From NCBI RefSeq assembly GCF_009914755.1, contig NC_060944.1: 64,000 bases of DNA, one strand, 5' to 3'. Numbering within the stretch: the first letter of the stretch is position 1; each line of letters starts with the position of its first letter. The notes beneath the pieces are model-generated. The model ran no database searches, was not told where the DNA came from, and saw only the letters and a list, made by a program, of their open reading frames with translations. The position numbers and the translations under genes are program-made. Of the stretch, positions 14,797 to 27,420 are shown in pieces. This stretch comes from the human T2T-CHM13v2.0 reference genome, Homo sapiens.

Positions 14797-15110
14797 GGCT
14801 GGGTGTGGGGGCTCACACCTATAATCTGAGCACTTTGGAAGGCTGAGGAGGGAGGATTGTTGAGCCCAGGAGTTCAGGACCTCAGCCTGGGCAACACAGC
14901 AAGATCCTATGTCTACCAAAAAAAAAAAATTGGCTGGGCGTGGTGGCATGCACCTAATAGTCCCAGCTACTCGGGAGGCTGAGGTAGGAAGATCACTTGA
15001 GCCTGGGAAGTCAAGGTTACAGTGAACTATGAACATGCCATTGTACTCCAGCCTGGGCAACAGAATAAAACCCTGCCCACGCACCCCCCTCAAAAAAAAA
15101 AAGAGAGAAA
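14797..15110 (+). mobile_element. AluJ
   Basis: J-type diagnostics (ggaggattg-ttgagcccaggagttc; cagcctgggcaaca; gagcctgggaagtcaagg). Confidence 0.9.
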
Positions 15111-16139
15111 GAAAATATCAAGGTACCATGGCTAAGAAGGTATAACAATTTCTTAATACAGAACTTTGTTGCTGTTGCAATGAGGTTCGCTGTATCACTT
15201 GAAAATAATTTGAAGAAATTAAATCAGATCAGGGCCTTGTACCTAAAACATTACATGTGCTTTAGTAGTCATAAAATATGTTACGTTAATGAGGATGCTG
15301 ACTGGCAATCAGAAGTCTAAAATGGGGCATTACTGACACTTTACATGCTGTCATAGTTAATACCATAGCTGCAGGTCTCCAACCTAGACTATTGAGGGTC
15401 TGGGTCTCAACCCCTATCTCCTCTCCTCCCCTCATTCCTCCTCCACCCTGAATTACATGCAAGCCTGGACAATATTGCTTTAGCACTTTCTAAGTATATT
15501 TTATGTTGGCAAGTCATATATTTACTCAGTTCTTTTGTGCAAAGCAAGTAAGCTACCAGAGCTCTCCCCTTGGGGCCATTAATCAAATTGTTTTTGAGCT
15601 TTTCTGCTCCCCAGGGTGGGGACGTGTGACAAATTTCTTGGTGAGCATACCCTTAAAATGAAAAGATGTTCTTGGGTGATATCAGACAAGGTCAGTTTGT
15701 TCTTTGGTGTCATGAAAAGGCTCTCCCAGTTTGTTCACTGTTACTAGTGAACTTGACTTACCTTGTGAGCTTCTGGTTACAGGGATTTTTTTTTTTTTTT
15801 TCATTTCATTTTACCTACCTTGGTACCTAGCAGTGTTGGATATATAGAAGGTACTTTCTATATTTTGTTTTTGGAAAATACTTTAAAGTTACACAGGAGA
15901 AAATATATCCATGTAATTCAGAGGAGGCTGGATTCCCTTCAGGAATGGGGGCATTATTGGTTTTAATCCTCAGTATATACTTATTAGAAAATAAACAATG
16001 AGTTGAATGTTTGACGTAGGTCAAGTAGCATGCAGGAAGGATAATCATAGACCTGCTTTTGCAAAGCGTACAATCAAGGGTAAAAGACTTACAATGTGAG
16101 AATAGAATGATGTCACTACCACTTTTATCATTACTCTTG

Positions 16140-16380
16140 CCTAGTATGTATCGAGCAACAATGAAACGTCAGAACTTCTTCTAAGTCATTTCAATATTAA
16201 CGCCTTTAATTCTCAAAACAAGGCTCTTGAAGTAAGCACTGTGATTATTCCCATTTTACAAATGAGGAAACTGAAATACGGAGAGGTTAAGTACTTGCTG
16301 AAGATCACACAGTTATAAAAGGCATGCCTGCTATTTGAATTTTTGCAGTCTGACTCCAGAGCCCATACTTGTATGTACTG
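16140..16380 (-). mobile_element. MIR
   Basis: attcccattttacaaatgaggaaactga...agaggttaagtacttgctgaagatcacacag...tctgactccagagccc. Confidence 0.85.
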
Positions 16381-16429
16381 GTCAGATGGAAGAAGCAGGG
16401 GATCCCAAATGAGCCCCTCACCCAAAGCT

Positions 16430-16573
16430 GTGGGTTAGAGAAGGGTCCCAGAGTCAGTGACATCTGTGCTAAGTCATGGATGATGGGTAGGTATTTGCCA
16501 GGTGAAGGAGGAGGAAGAGGAAGGTGTTGAGTTATGTTCTGTTCGGATGATAATACAGACTGGTTATTATGGT

Positions 16574-16622
<49 letters not shown>

Positions 16623-17000
16623 TGTTTGGAGCAGATGATACAGATGCTCGAGCCAGAGTATGTATGTCTTTGTTAAGCCATGTTATTACTAAATGTGGGT
16701 TTTTATCTTGTGTATTGTTGTGAGCCACTGAAGGGCTTTAATCAGGTAACATGATAAAACTTACATTTTTAGAAAAGTTAGTTGGGCTTCTGTGTAGACA
16801 ATGAAAGAAAGAACAGGAGGAAGACTGCTGGCAGGATATTAACTAGGAAGCTTTGCAGCAGCCCAGGAAAGGACGGATTAATACAAAACTAGAGTCAGGG
16901 GAAGACGGGGCAGATGCCAGAGAGATCCAGGGAGTAGAATCCAGCAGGACTTCGTAACTGATTGGCTGGATAGGAGAGAAGAATTAGACAGAAGAGTCAC
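16430..17000 (-). mobile_element. L2 fragment containing a (TG)n tract
   Basis: gtgacatctgtgctaagtc..., gagccactgaagggctttaatcagg, caggacttcgtaactgattgg. Confidence 0.6.
16579..16620 (+). repeat. (TG)21 microsatellite
   Basis: Direct reading. Confidence 0.97.
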
Positions 17001-17979
17001 ATTTAGAGTATTTCAAAGAAAAAAAAATTGAATTCCACAGTTCTTGCTCCAGGCCAGTTTTTCATTGTTCTTACAGTTCATTTTTCTTTAGAAAGGAAAA
17101 GGCACATTAAATGTTAAAGAAACAGATGTACCTGATTTTTTATGGACTCCTGGTCCATTTGACTTTCCTTTCTAATGCTATAGTTTCTTGAGTTTACACT
17201 ACTTGTGGTGGCGAATACTTTCAGTAAACTTTCTTGTATGTCATCTCTTAAAAATTGCAATACCAATCCCTTTAAGTTGCCGTAAAAAAGAGAGGGCAAT
17301 GCAGGATGAGAGAAATTATGCTTGTCTTCAGTATCTTAATGGGCACCATACTCCTTAGATATTAAGACTGAATCTGACTTTTACCCCCCAAATTATCAGA
17401 TTCTGACCCTATTTTATTTGCACATGTAAACACATGTTTGGGAACAGCAAAGTTATTTCCATCAGCCTTGGACAATGCATTTTTATAATGGCAAATTCTA
17501 TTCTTAAATATCCCACATAGGGTTAAAGAGGAAAATATCTTCTGTCCTACGAAAACCATGCCTTGTGCTTTGCCTCTACTCTTTGTTTCTGAGCATCAGA
17601 AACTGTGTTTCTCTTGAGAATTTCCATCTGCTGATAGGTTTTCTCTATGGTTCTAGAGAGCAGATAAAGATACAAGTATCCCTTATTATATGACAGTCTT
17701 GCTTTTTCTGTACAGTACAGGTTTTCAAGTAGTAAAATTCCTACCTTGTTTAAAATGTTTAAAATCTATACTAATTATTTGGCCCCTTTCCTCTTTGTCC
17801 CTTTTCATTTTGTAATTGTCATTCAAGTGTAAGAAAAATATAACCATGCTTAAGATACTTGAAAAAATCTTTCCAATTCAGAACTCTTTGAATGTAATAG
17901 AGACTCTTTAGAATTTTACCATATAGAAGGAAATACTGTTTCAACCACCATATGAACAATGATTTATGATATTTCTTAT

Positions 17980-18330
17980 TGTATTAGCCCGTTTTCATGC
18001 TGCTGATAAAAACATACCCGAGTCTGGGAAGAAAAGGAGGTTTAATTTGACTTACAGTTCCACATGGATGGGGAGGTCTCACAATCATGGCGGAGGGCAC
18101 AAGGCACTTCTTACATGGAAGCAGCAAGAGAGAATGAGGAAGCAAAAGCATAAACCCCTGATAAACCCATCAGATCTCGCAAGACTTATTCAGTATCACA
18201 AGAATAGCATGGGAAAGACTGACTCCCATGATTCAGTTACCTCCCACTGGGTCCCTCCCACAACATGTGGGAATTCTGGGAAATACAATTCAAGTTGAGA
18301 TTTGGGTGGGGACACAGCCAAACCATATCA
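17980..18330 (-). mobile_element. THE1-family (THE1A-like) solo LTR
   Basis: tgtattag-ccgttttcatgctgctgataa...ggggacacagccaaaccatatca. 5-bp TSD cttat/tttat. Confidence 0.92.
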
Positions 18331-18442
18331 TTTATGAAACAGCATTACCTGGTGGGGAGGAAACAAGTGGCATATTATCAAATGGGACGCTATTATTGCA
18401 CAAGGTCATGTGGCTGTTAAATGGTAGAGCCAGAACTCCAGC

Positions 18443-19708
18443 CTTGTTCTGTGCCATTCCTAGGCCCTGCTCTTTCTTACTTTCATACCACACATGTCAT
18501 TCCTGCCTCTAGCTCACGGCCACAGTCTAATTTTTTGATAGGGAGCAATTCCAGAAATGAAGATTCAAATCCCAACTAATTCTGTTCTACTGAAAATATG
18601 GCCCATGGACCAGCAGCATTGAGATCACCAGGGAGCTGTTGATAGCTGCTTGTTTTTGGAGTGCTTATTTTGTCCAAGTGACGTGCCAACTCCATTACAT
18701 GCATTATCTCATGACCTTCTCAAAAGATGTGCAATGATACAATCCTTCTTTTTCCACAGATGACAAAAGTAAGGATAGGAAACTTATTGACCATACTTGT
18801 CCAGTGCTGTACAAGGAAAGGTTGGAGGTGAATTTGGACCTAGCTGTTCTGATTTCAGAGCTTATACTTTTAACCATACACTGCAGTTTAGGATGCATGT
18901 GGAGCTGTTTCAGGGGAGAGCACAGTAGGGAGTGGGAAGGTGAGGAGGAAAGGAAACGGATGGCAAATGTGTCACCTAGGTAGGCTAGCTGCTGTAACAA
19001 AGAGGACCACAAACATGTAATGGCTTGAAAATATTTATCTTTGCTCATATAACAATACTGGGCAGGTGAAGGGGTTGATGCAACTGCCACATGTTTTCGT
19101 TTATTCAGGAATCCAGGCTGATGAGAGCTCTGTCATTTTTAGCACGTAGCTGCCAAATTCACCCTGGAGTCAATGTAGCTAGAAGGACGAAATCACCAAG
19201 AGGAAGGGATGTTCCTGGGAGGATATTTTATGGGCCATGCCCAGATGCGATACAGCTACTTCCAATCACATTTCATGGGCCAGGACTCAGGTGTGGGGGC
19301 CTGAGAAGAGGAGCCAGATGTGAGTCTCAGACGGGGAGGAATACCTGGATTTTACTGAGTTTTCAGGAAATAGTAGGTCATAAGCCGCTATTAGAATCAA
19401 GCCTCTGGGTACATTTTTATATGTTTTATTCTTTCAGGCTTTGTGAGAGGGGGTTATTTATTTCATTTGCAAAGCAGTGAATTGAGATCCAGGGATTTGT
19501 CCAAGGTCACATGGCTTGTTCTGTGCCATTCCTAGTCCCTGCTCTTTCTTCCCATCATACCACACATGTCATTTCTGCCTCTAGCTCACAGCCACAGTCT
19601 AGTCCTTTGATAAGAAGCAATTCCAGAAATGAAGATTCAAATCCCAGCTATTCTGTTCTACTCAAAATATGGCCCATGGACCAGCAGCACTGAGATCACC
19701 AGGGAGCT
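18443..19708 (+). repeat. Dispersed direct duplication: 18443-18637 and 19515-19708 (about 92% identical)
   Basis: Manual alignment gives about 15 differences over 195 bp. Confidence 0.95.
18968..19300. mobile_element. Old MLT1-family LTR fragment
   Basis: ggctagctgctgtaacaaagaggaccacaaa...aatggcttgaaaatatttatctttgctcat...ttcaggaatccaggctgatg. Confidence 0.6.
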
Positions 19709-19968
19709 ACTTAGAAACCTGCAGTTTCATACTTGGGAGGCTGAGGTGGGAGGATCGCTTGAACCCAGTTTCAGGCTGCAGTGAGTGATGATTGTAATCC
19801 TGCACTCCAGCCTGGGTGACAGAGCAAGATCTTGTCTCTAAAAGAAAAAGAAAAAGAAATAGAAATGTGCAATTTTTGTCCCTACCCCATAACTGCTGAA
19901 TCAGACTGGTCATTTTAATGGGGCCCCCAGGTAATCTGGATGCACAGTAAAGTCTGGGAAGCCCTGGA
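19650..19968. mobile_element. MER5A split by a 5'-truncated AluJ/FRAM right arm (about 19718-19859, +)
   Basis: MER5A halves join across the Alu. Short TSD tagaaa at 19712 and 19860. Confidence 0.8.
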
Positions 19969-22129
19969 CCAGGTTCCTGGAAGCCAGCTTCTCCACCTAC
20001 TGCCGCTATGTGACTGTCATCTTCCTTCCGTGTGGGAGAAGTGGATTCACTGCATGTTAGCTACAGGGTATAACCACTGGAGTAAAATTTCAGCCTTTTT
20101 GAAGAGTAAACATGTTTAACCTAGAAAGGACTACTTAGCAACATAATATTGAAAGACCGCTCAGCCCATTTTTTGAAAAGCATGAGCTGTTTCCATAGAT
20201 AAGCCAAACAGGCCTGAACAAAACAGAGGAAAAGCGAACTTTGCTGTTTTGATTTGTGGATGATGATTTGATTTTCTAAAAAGAACAGCTTTGTTTCTTT
20301 CCCTGAGAACATAAGATTACTGAGTTCTTAGAGCCTCAGCTCATGCAGCTTTCCTGCTTGGGTATATGGGTAGGGCAAAGCCAGATTAAAGATGCACAGT
20401 ATCAAGCCATCTGACCTCCAATGCCAGATTTCCTGCAGTAGTCTAATTACCAGTTTATTAGCTGTTAACCTTGCACCACAGTTACAAAACGGTAACTGCT
20501 GGTTAGAGTCTTAATAGTTGATAAGTGTCAGGGAGGGTCTTCCTTCTGGTGAGACCAGTATCCTTGTGAGTCTCATGATGATAATTTGCTTTAGAGCTCA
20601 GTCACTGGAAGGGAGGAGAGAAGGGACATAATGACCGAGGGTACCCAAGTACTGTGACAGAAGGCCATAGACAGCTTTCCTATCTAGGAGGAATTCAGCC
20701 TGAAGCCCACAGCTCAAGGGGCACACAGACCAGGCACTCCTGTTTTGAAACAATAAAATGAAACTGTTTTTTGCAAGTTTTGTTCACTTGATCATTTTGC
20801 CCTGTGTCTGTGATTTCCCTTAGAATAAACAAATTAGGAACAGTACCTCGGTTTTAGTATAAGACCAAGTGCAGCCACAACAACATTGCCTTAGAAGGTA
20901 ACTTTATGCTATTTGTATTCAATTAAATCTCACAAGCCACCCAGAGTGAATGTTTTCATGTTGCTTTCTTAGAGATATGAACACAGAGAACAGAAGCTTG
21001 CTTAAGTTCAGAGCAAACAGAATTCCAGTTGCACGGACTCTCCCAGTTACAGCTGTGTGCTTATCAATACTTGGTGGATAGGGAAGAGGTGGCTTGTGAA
21101 CTGCAAGACTTTAATACATGTCAGTAACCTTCTACTACAAATTGAAATGCTCTGTAAATCAGGAAAGGGTTTGCCATTTTTATGCTAGTGTATTTCACGA
21201 CAGTCCAGTTGGAAAAGAGTTAGTATTGATGTTCTATTGGCAAGGTTTCCAGACCAGATTTGATTTATAAGAACAGCACTGCATATAAGAGTGTACATTG
21301 CTTAGATGGGACATCCAGGAACTGTGTTAATCTACATTTTCAGGTACTTCTACTCAAGAGAAGCACAGAAAATATCTTTACAAAGTTCCAAAATTAAATT
21401 TTAGAAAAAGGTTTGAACAAAAATGTTTGCTTATTAATTTATCCATGGTTACTCCAGCGAGCTCTCTCATGACAACTCATGGCATGCTTTACTAGATGCT
21501 GGGCCCTATGCATGGGTTTCATCTGATATTACCCTAAAAAGGACTCTTCACATAGATATCATAACCTTCAGTTTACAGTTTGAGGGAGCTGCATTGGATC
21601 TCACAACGAGCAGATATGAGCGCTGGACTTCCAGGGTCCTCGAAAGTAGCAATCACTGTGAGTACATGATGGCAGCCGACACATAGAATGGACGTGGTCC
21701 ATACAGGCCATGACTAGGGCAGGTTGTCTCACTCACACAAGGCCTGTTCATTTATTCATTCATTTCTCTTCACTTGTTTAATAAGTACGCATTGAGAAGT
21801 TACCATGTGCCAGGAGAACACAAAAATGAAAGATTCACAGGTCCTGCCCTCATGGAGTTCCCCACTGAGTTTTTGTTTGTTTGTTTGTTTAAATACAAGC
21901 TTTACTGTATTTCCTTTCTTGGATGGTTACATCTAGGTAAGACAGATACGTTGTATGTTGGATGGCCTCAATTAAGCAAGATGCTAATAACTTTATGAAA
22001 CTGTGGGAAAAATTTGGAGTATGTTATTTGGTTAAAGAATAGGAACATTTCTAAGGACAGATTACAAAGTTAAACCTAAAATTAAACAGTTTGCTTGCCA
22101 ATGTATTCCTTTTGTGTATTCCTTTATCT

Positions 22130-22440
22130 GTGAGTTCATTGAATGCTTCCTATGTGCAAGGTATTATGCAGAGTGTAAAAGTTGAATTCAGTTTCTCATG
22201 CAGCTGAAACTTCTTTCAGACTTGGACATGAGCTTGAAATAATTAGAGTGCTAGATAGAAATGTTCATTGCCTTGGAGAGGTATGTATAAAGTACTTGGG
22301 ATTTAAAGGAAGAGAGAATTAGAGAAAACGTGAAGGGGGGGAAATGACATTTGAGCCAGACATCAAAGGACAGACAGGATTGGAAGATGGGGAGATAGGT
22401 AGGAATAGAAGATTCATTTTAGCCAGAGAGAACAATAGGG
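22130..22440 (-). mobile_element. L2 fragment (another at about 21745-21865)
   Basis: ttcattgaatgcttcctatgtgcaagg...atgacatttgagccagacatcaaagga. Confidence 0.6.
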
Positions 22441-22569
22441 AAAATAGAAGAGTGACTAGCAGGAAATTCAGCTCAAATTTGAGATATGAAAGATATTTTA
22501 TAGGTATCAATAATTGACTTACTTCCAAAGAGTTCATCATCATTTTAATCTTCCTTGAAGATTATTTTT

Positions 22570-22920
22570 TAAATCCAAGTAAGATATTTTAAAAATTAGA
22601 CCGTACATAAAAGTTGAAAAAGGAAAAAAATGCTGACCTTCACTCCAGTGAAACCACTGGCTAACGTTTGAGTATTTTCCTTCAAGTCTTTTGCATTTTG
22701 TTTCTGTGCCTCTTTTTGAGTAGTTGAAATAATGTATTGCATTCTGCCTTTTCATTTAAAATAATACTACCAGCACCTACCCACGTTATGAAAATCTCTT
22801 TGGAATCGTCACATTTAATGGCCTTATACTGTTTAGCCGTTTGGCTTTGTCATAGTTGACTTTACCCCACCCTATTGCTGGAGTTTAGGGTGTTTCATGT
22901 TTTCCATTGCTATGAACAGA
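22570..22920 (-). mobile_element. Old L1ME-type fragment
   Basis: cctattgctggagtttagggtgtttcatgttttccattgctatgaaca. Confidence 0.5.
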
Positions 22921-23465
22921 CTAGCTGTTGGCCAGCCAACCCTTTTTGTATTTCACAAATGGTAAAGCCAAGGCACTTGTAATAAGCCAAGATGGGGACT
23001 GACTTGTTCAGTTGCTAGAAGCCAAAAGACTGTTGCATAAAAAGCTGCCTTCTGACTAGAAGAGGGGCTGTGGGGTTTCTAGGAATAGAGATTAATAAGG
23101 TGCTTAGGTCATATCCCCTGAGAAGTTTAATCTGAGTGGGCCACTGACCTTCTGGCCTCTGGAAAGGAGATCCATTGAATTTCTAAGCCCTTTGGTACTC
23201 CTCCCATTTCCTGCGGAATTTTGATTGTGGGTAAAGTTTCAAAACACTGGCTCTTCACATTGGATTTCCAAGTTGGGAAGAGAAGGCAGGAAGACCTATC
23301 AAAGGACAAAGATATTGTGTTCTCCACTTCGATCTGAAAGATGGAATGGCAGGGGAGAAGGGAAGGGAAAAAAAGGAGGTGGGTGTCTCTGTCCTAATTT
23401 CACTGGGTTTCTCATCCCATTAGTTGAAGTTAGCAAACAGGAAAGCATTCTCCTTAGGAAGAAAA

Positions 23466-23618
23466 ATGGCAAGAAAACTGATGCCTGCCTTGCTTGGATT
23501 TTTAGTGTTGCCAAACACCTATGTTTGTGACTTATTGATTTTGTACTATGAACCTAGCCTGCTTTGCATCAGCTCTTCTTGTCTTTGGTCGCGTCTTTTC
23601 TTTGTGAAATTTCACTCG
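23466..23618 (+). other. Candidate alternative upstream exon of PLCB4, possibly coding (51 codons)
   Basis: AAAATGG Kozak context at 23466, 153 nt open, donor-like TCG|GTGAGG at 23618/23619, in frame with exon 50703. Non-repetitive context. Unverified. Confidence 0.35.
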
Positions 23619-24029
23619 GTGAGGAAATACTGAATTGGAGGGAGATACGGTCCTTACTGAGCATGCTGAAGTAAATCCAGCTATTAAATCCAGCATAAAT
23701 CCCAGCAGAAAGTAGTGTATCAGAAATGTGGTTCTGTATGCCGAACATGTGTTCATAATAACAGTGCCTGGAGGCATATTTGTATTATAGTTCAGCAAAG
23801 GAAGGAGACAGGAAGGAGACTCTTAGCTTAGGGCAAAGAAACATCTGCTACAAAAAAAAAAAAAAAGAGGTATACCACATTTATGTAATAAATACTGTTT
23901 TGAAAGTTTCTCTGAAATTAGTTTCCCATATTAAATCATGCTTCAAACTTTCTTAGGAACTTCACTTTTTCAAAGAATCGTTCTATTAAATTTTTGAGAG
24001 AGAGCAGAATTTCTTAACAGTTAAGTATA

Positions 24030-24255
24030 CTAACCCTGGGATGAGGCTACCTTATTCAAATATTGGCTTCACCATTTAGTATCTTTGTGACTTTGGAAAG
24101 TGATTTAATTGCTTGAGGGCTTAATTTCCCTATCTGCAAAACAGACACAATAATAGGACCATCACATAAAGTCTCTATACAGATTCAATGTGAAAGAACA
24201 TTTTAGAATGCAGTATTAGAAGTAGTTTAATCACTTTAAAATGTTGCTATTAATA
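24030..24255 (+). mobile_element. MIR
   Basis: tgtgactttggaaagtgatttaatt...cttaatttccctatctgcaaaa. Confidence 0.7.
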
Positions 24256-25549
24256 ATCTGTTAATTAGCAAGTGATATTATGCATGTAAAATAAAATTTT
24301 GGAACAATATTTTTCTTACAATGAGCCAGGTCTGTAGGCTAGGCATATTAAAATATTTAAAATAAGTCATGGTATATTAGGTTAAAATGATGGAATGAAA
24401 ACACTCCAAATCAGAGTTTCAAAGTAATTCAACTGAACTGTAAAGCAAAATAGGTATAACACAATTCTATGCTAAAATGTTTTAATCTTAGGTTTATCAT
24501 ATAACATTTTATTACCTAAAACTGCTAAAACATGTAGGTTTTATATTTAAAATGATAGTTTGTATTTAGTTTGAAATGTGGAGCTGAATGATTTTGCAAA
24601 ATTAAATTGGGAATACGTTATATTTTAGGTACCCTGGAAAATTGTCTGTGGTTAGATGGCTGATACCTTTCCTTCTTATTTAGTTTAATTGAAAAAAAAT
24701 TGGCATTGAAGAATTAAACACACTCTAAAATTTCAATAAATATTCCATGACTACTTTATTTATCTAGATATCAACTTACTAATAATATCAGCCATCCAAG
24801 TTAAACAAAAAGTAAAACATCCAGAAGTGAAAAATACAGCCAAATGTTGTACATGGCTAGTATACAGATCCTGCTATAAAATGCTATTATAAAATCCAGC
24901 TGCCCTCACTCAGAGCCTACTGATTCTTATATATCACATAATCTTTCCCTTGTTCCTTCCTCTGAAGACAGTAGGAGCTATAAACAGGAACAGTTTGGGA
25001 GAAAGCAAAGCCCGGCATCAAAAGAGATATAGAACAAAATGTAGACACACAACTTTGTTATCACAGGGCATGATGACCAAGGCATTCCTTTCCTCATTCA
25101 GTTATTCACTTCTTCATCAAAGATTCTCTAATCATCTGTGATAGTACCAGTCTGTCTTCTAGGTATAGGCTTTAGAAAAGTAGGTAGGAGAGATTCAGAG
25201 AAAAATAGGATATAAACATTTCTCTGTCAGGTTGCTCACAATAAGGTTGACGTATTTGTGTTCACAATAATTCATGTCATCCAGAAAAGTGATGTTACAG
25301 TTTTATGTACTTCAGAGTCACAGATGGTTTGCTTTAATTTTATTATACCCCCATACTCACACCCTGGACTGCTTTGCAAGTTTCTAATTGCTTCCTCTCC
25401 CTGCCTTTTTATTTTGGATTTCCTCTCTTCTTCCCTGTATCTCCTTAATACTCTTCAATAATATCATTTATATAACACAATCACAGTGCCCACTTACTCA
25501 CTAGAGCCTCACAGAGATCTGTCATCCGATTCAGCCTATTTTAGCAGGT

Positions 25550-26030
25550 ATATAGGTTAGCTTTTGTTGTGTAACAAACCACCCTCAAATTTTGCAGAAT
25601 TTTTTAAATCATGTTTTATTTCTCACAGTTCTCTGTATTTGTTGAGTGGTTTTTCTGGCCATGGCTGGCTTGGCTCAGGTTGGATAACCTAGGATGGCCT
25701 CACTCACTTTATTTGGGGCCTCAGCCAGGAGGACTGGATTGACTGAGACTTCTATGTGGCCTCTCATCTTCCAGTAGATTGTCTTAACCTTTTAAACATG
25801 ATAATCTCAGGGTTTCAAAGAGAACAAGAAGGAAACCCCAATGTACAAGTACTTTTCATGCCTCTGATTTGTTTCAAAGCAAGTCACATGTCTAAAACCC
25901 ATTTTCAGTATCCATGTGGAACGAAAGTCTTCATATCTTGATGGGAGAAGCTGTGTAGTCATATTACAAAGGAGTGTGATCAAGGGAGGGGAAGACTTTC
26001 TGGTCATGGAAATGGTCTACCATGCCTGGA
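25550..26030. mobile_element. MLT1 (G/H-like) MaLR LTR
   Basis: gttagcttttgttgtgtaacaaaccaccctcaaa...gatggcctcactcac...aaagcaagtcacatg...cttgatgggagaagctg. Confidence 0.7.
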
Positions 26031-26864
26031 GAAGGAGTGGTAAATATATCCCCCCAGAAGGGACACACTTTATCTTCAGGCAGAAACCATTGGCCTGAAC
26101 TAGTCATATACATGCTCCTCCTTCTACCCCTGCCCCCAGCTGAGGCTGCATGCAAAGGAGGATGACAAATAAATAAAGCCCTCTATGTATTACATTTGTC
26201 TCACATGACAAAGTTCTATTTCACTTATTTTCCCTTGACAAAATCCATTGAGGCCTTTCAGAGTTAGCCATATTCAAAGACACCATGAATTTCCACCTTC
26301 AACTCTTAGGTGTCTGAAGGCTGATCTTCTAATAGGTGGGGTTTGGGGGACGGTTTTATGAAGTACTTTAAAGTTTCAGAAGCAAGATGCTGTCTTGCTG
26401 CTGATCATTTATAGTCTCGAACATTACATGTTGCATTTCACATAAGAATTCTTATCCTTTATGGCCTAGCTCAGAAGCTTTCTCCAGGAGGCCTTTCTAC
26501 CCTTTTCTCTCCTGGGCAGGGGTTATCTCTCCTGGTTCTAAATTCCTGTAAAATATTATTTTGCTTATGTTGAATAGTCTACCTACTCTGCTGGATTTGA
26601 GTTTGTTAGGATAGAGTCTGTGTCTTATCCACTATTGAATTCTGTGTAGTATCTAGTCTAGCAGGGACACAGTGAAATAATAAATCATCCCTTGATAAAG
26701 AAGGAGGAGGCTATATTTAACCCTAATGCCCTACTTTATTCCCTTTCTATTATATTTTTTAATGTTCCATTTAATTGTTTTCTATCCCTGAGTCACCAAC
26801 ACTTAAGGCCACTGTCATGTATGGATTCCTCTGTTAATTCCTTCATTGAGAAAAGTCAGAAGAG

Positions 26865-27420
26865 GGACACATTCATTCATTCTATACAGGTCTATATTGA
26901 GCACCCACTACGTGGCCCATATATTTGTGTGACAGAGACACAGCAGAAAACAAAATATATGTAGTCACTACTCTGGTAGAGGAAAACACAAACAAGATAT
27001 ATAAAGGATCAGAGATGAAGTTGTTGATGTGTGTTACGTAGAAAAATCTAGGAGGTAACAAGAAAGAGAGATCCTGGTGGTGGTGAGATGCCATTTTGTT
27101 CTGAGTGGCCAGGAAAAGCATCTTAGATATGGTGACATTTATACTATGATCTGCAGGCAGTGAGCCATGCCGATATTTAGGGAAGAATGGTCTAAACTGA
27201 GGTAATGGTAAATGCAAAGGCCCTGAGGCAGAATTGCAAGTGGCCTCTATGAGGTACAGGAGGAAGTCCATGTGGTTAGAGTCAAGTGAGCATGGGAAAG
27301 GAATAGGAGATGAATGGAGAGAGATATAAGGCTAGATTATGTAAGGTCTTACAGCGTGTTGTATAGATTGGCTTGTATCCCAAGGGAGATGAGGAGCCTT
27401 ATGAAGAAAGGGTAAAGAAC
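26865..27420 (-). mobile_element. L2a 3' region (an opposite-strand L2 remnant lies at about 26430-26690)
   Basis: cattcattcattc...tattgagcacccactacgtg...atgcaaaggccctgaggcagaa. Confidence 0.8.
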
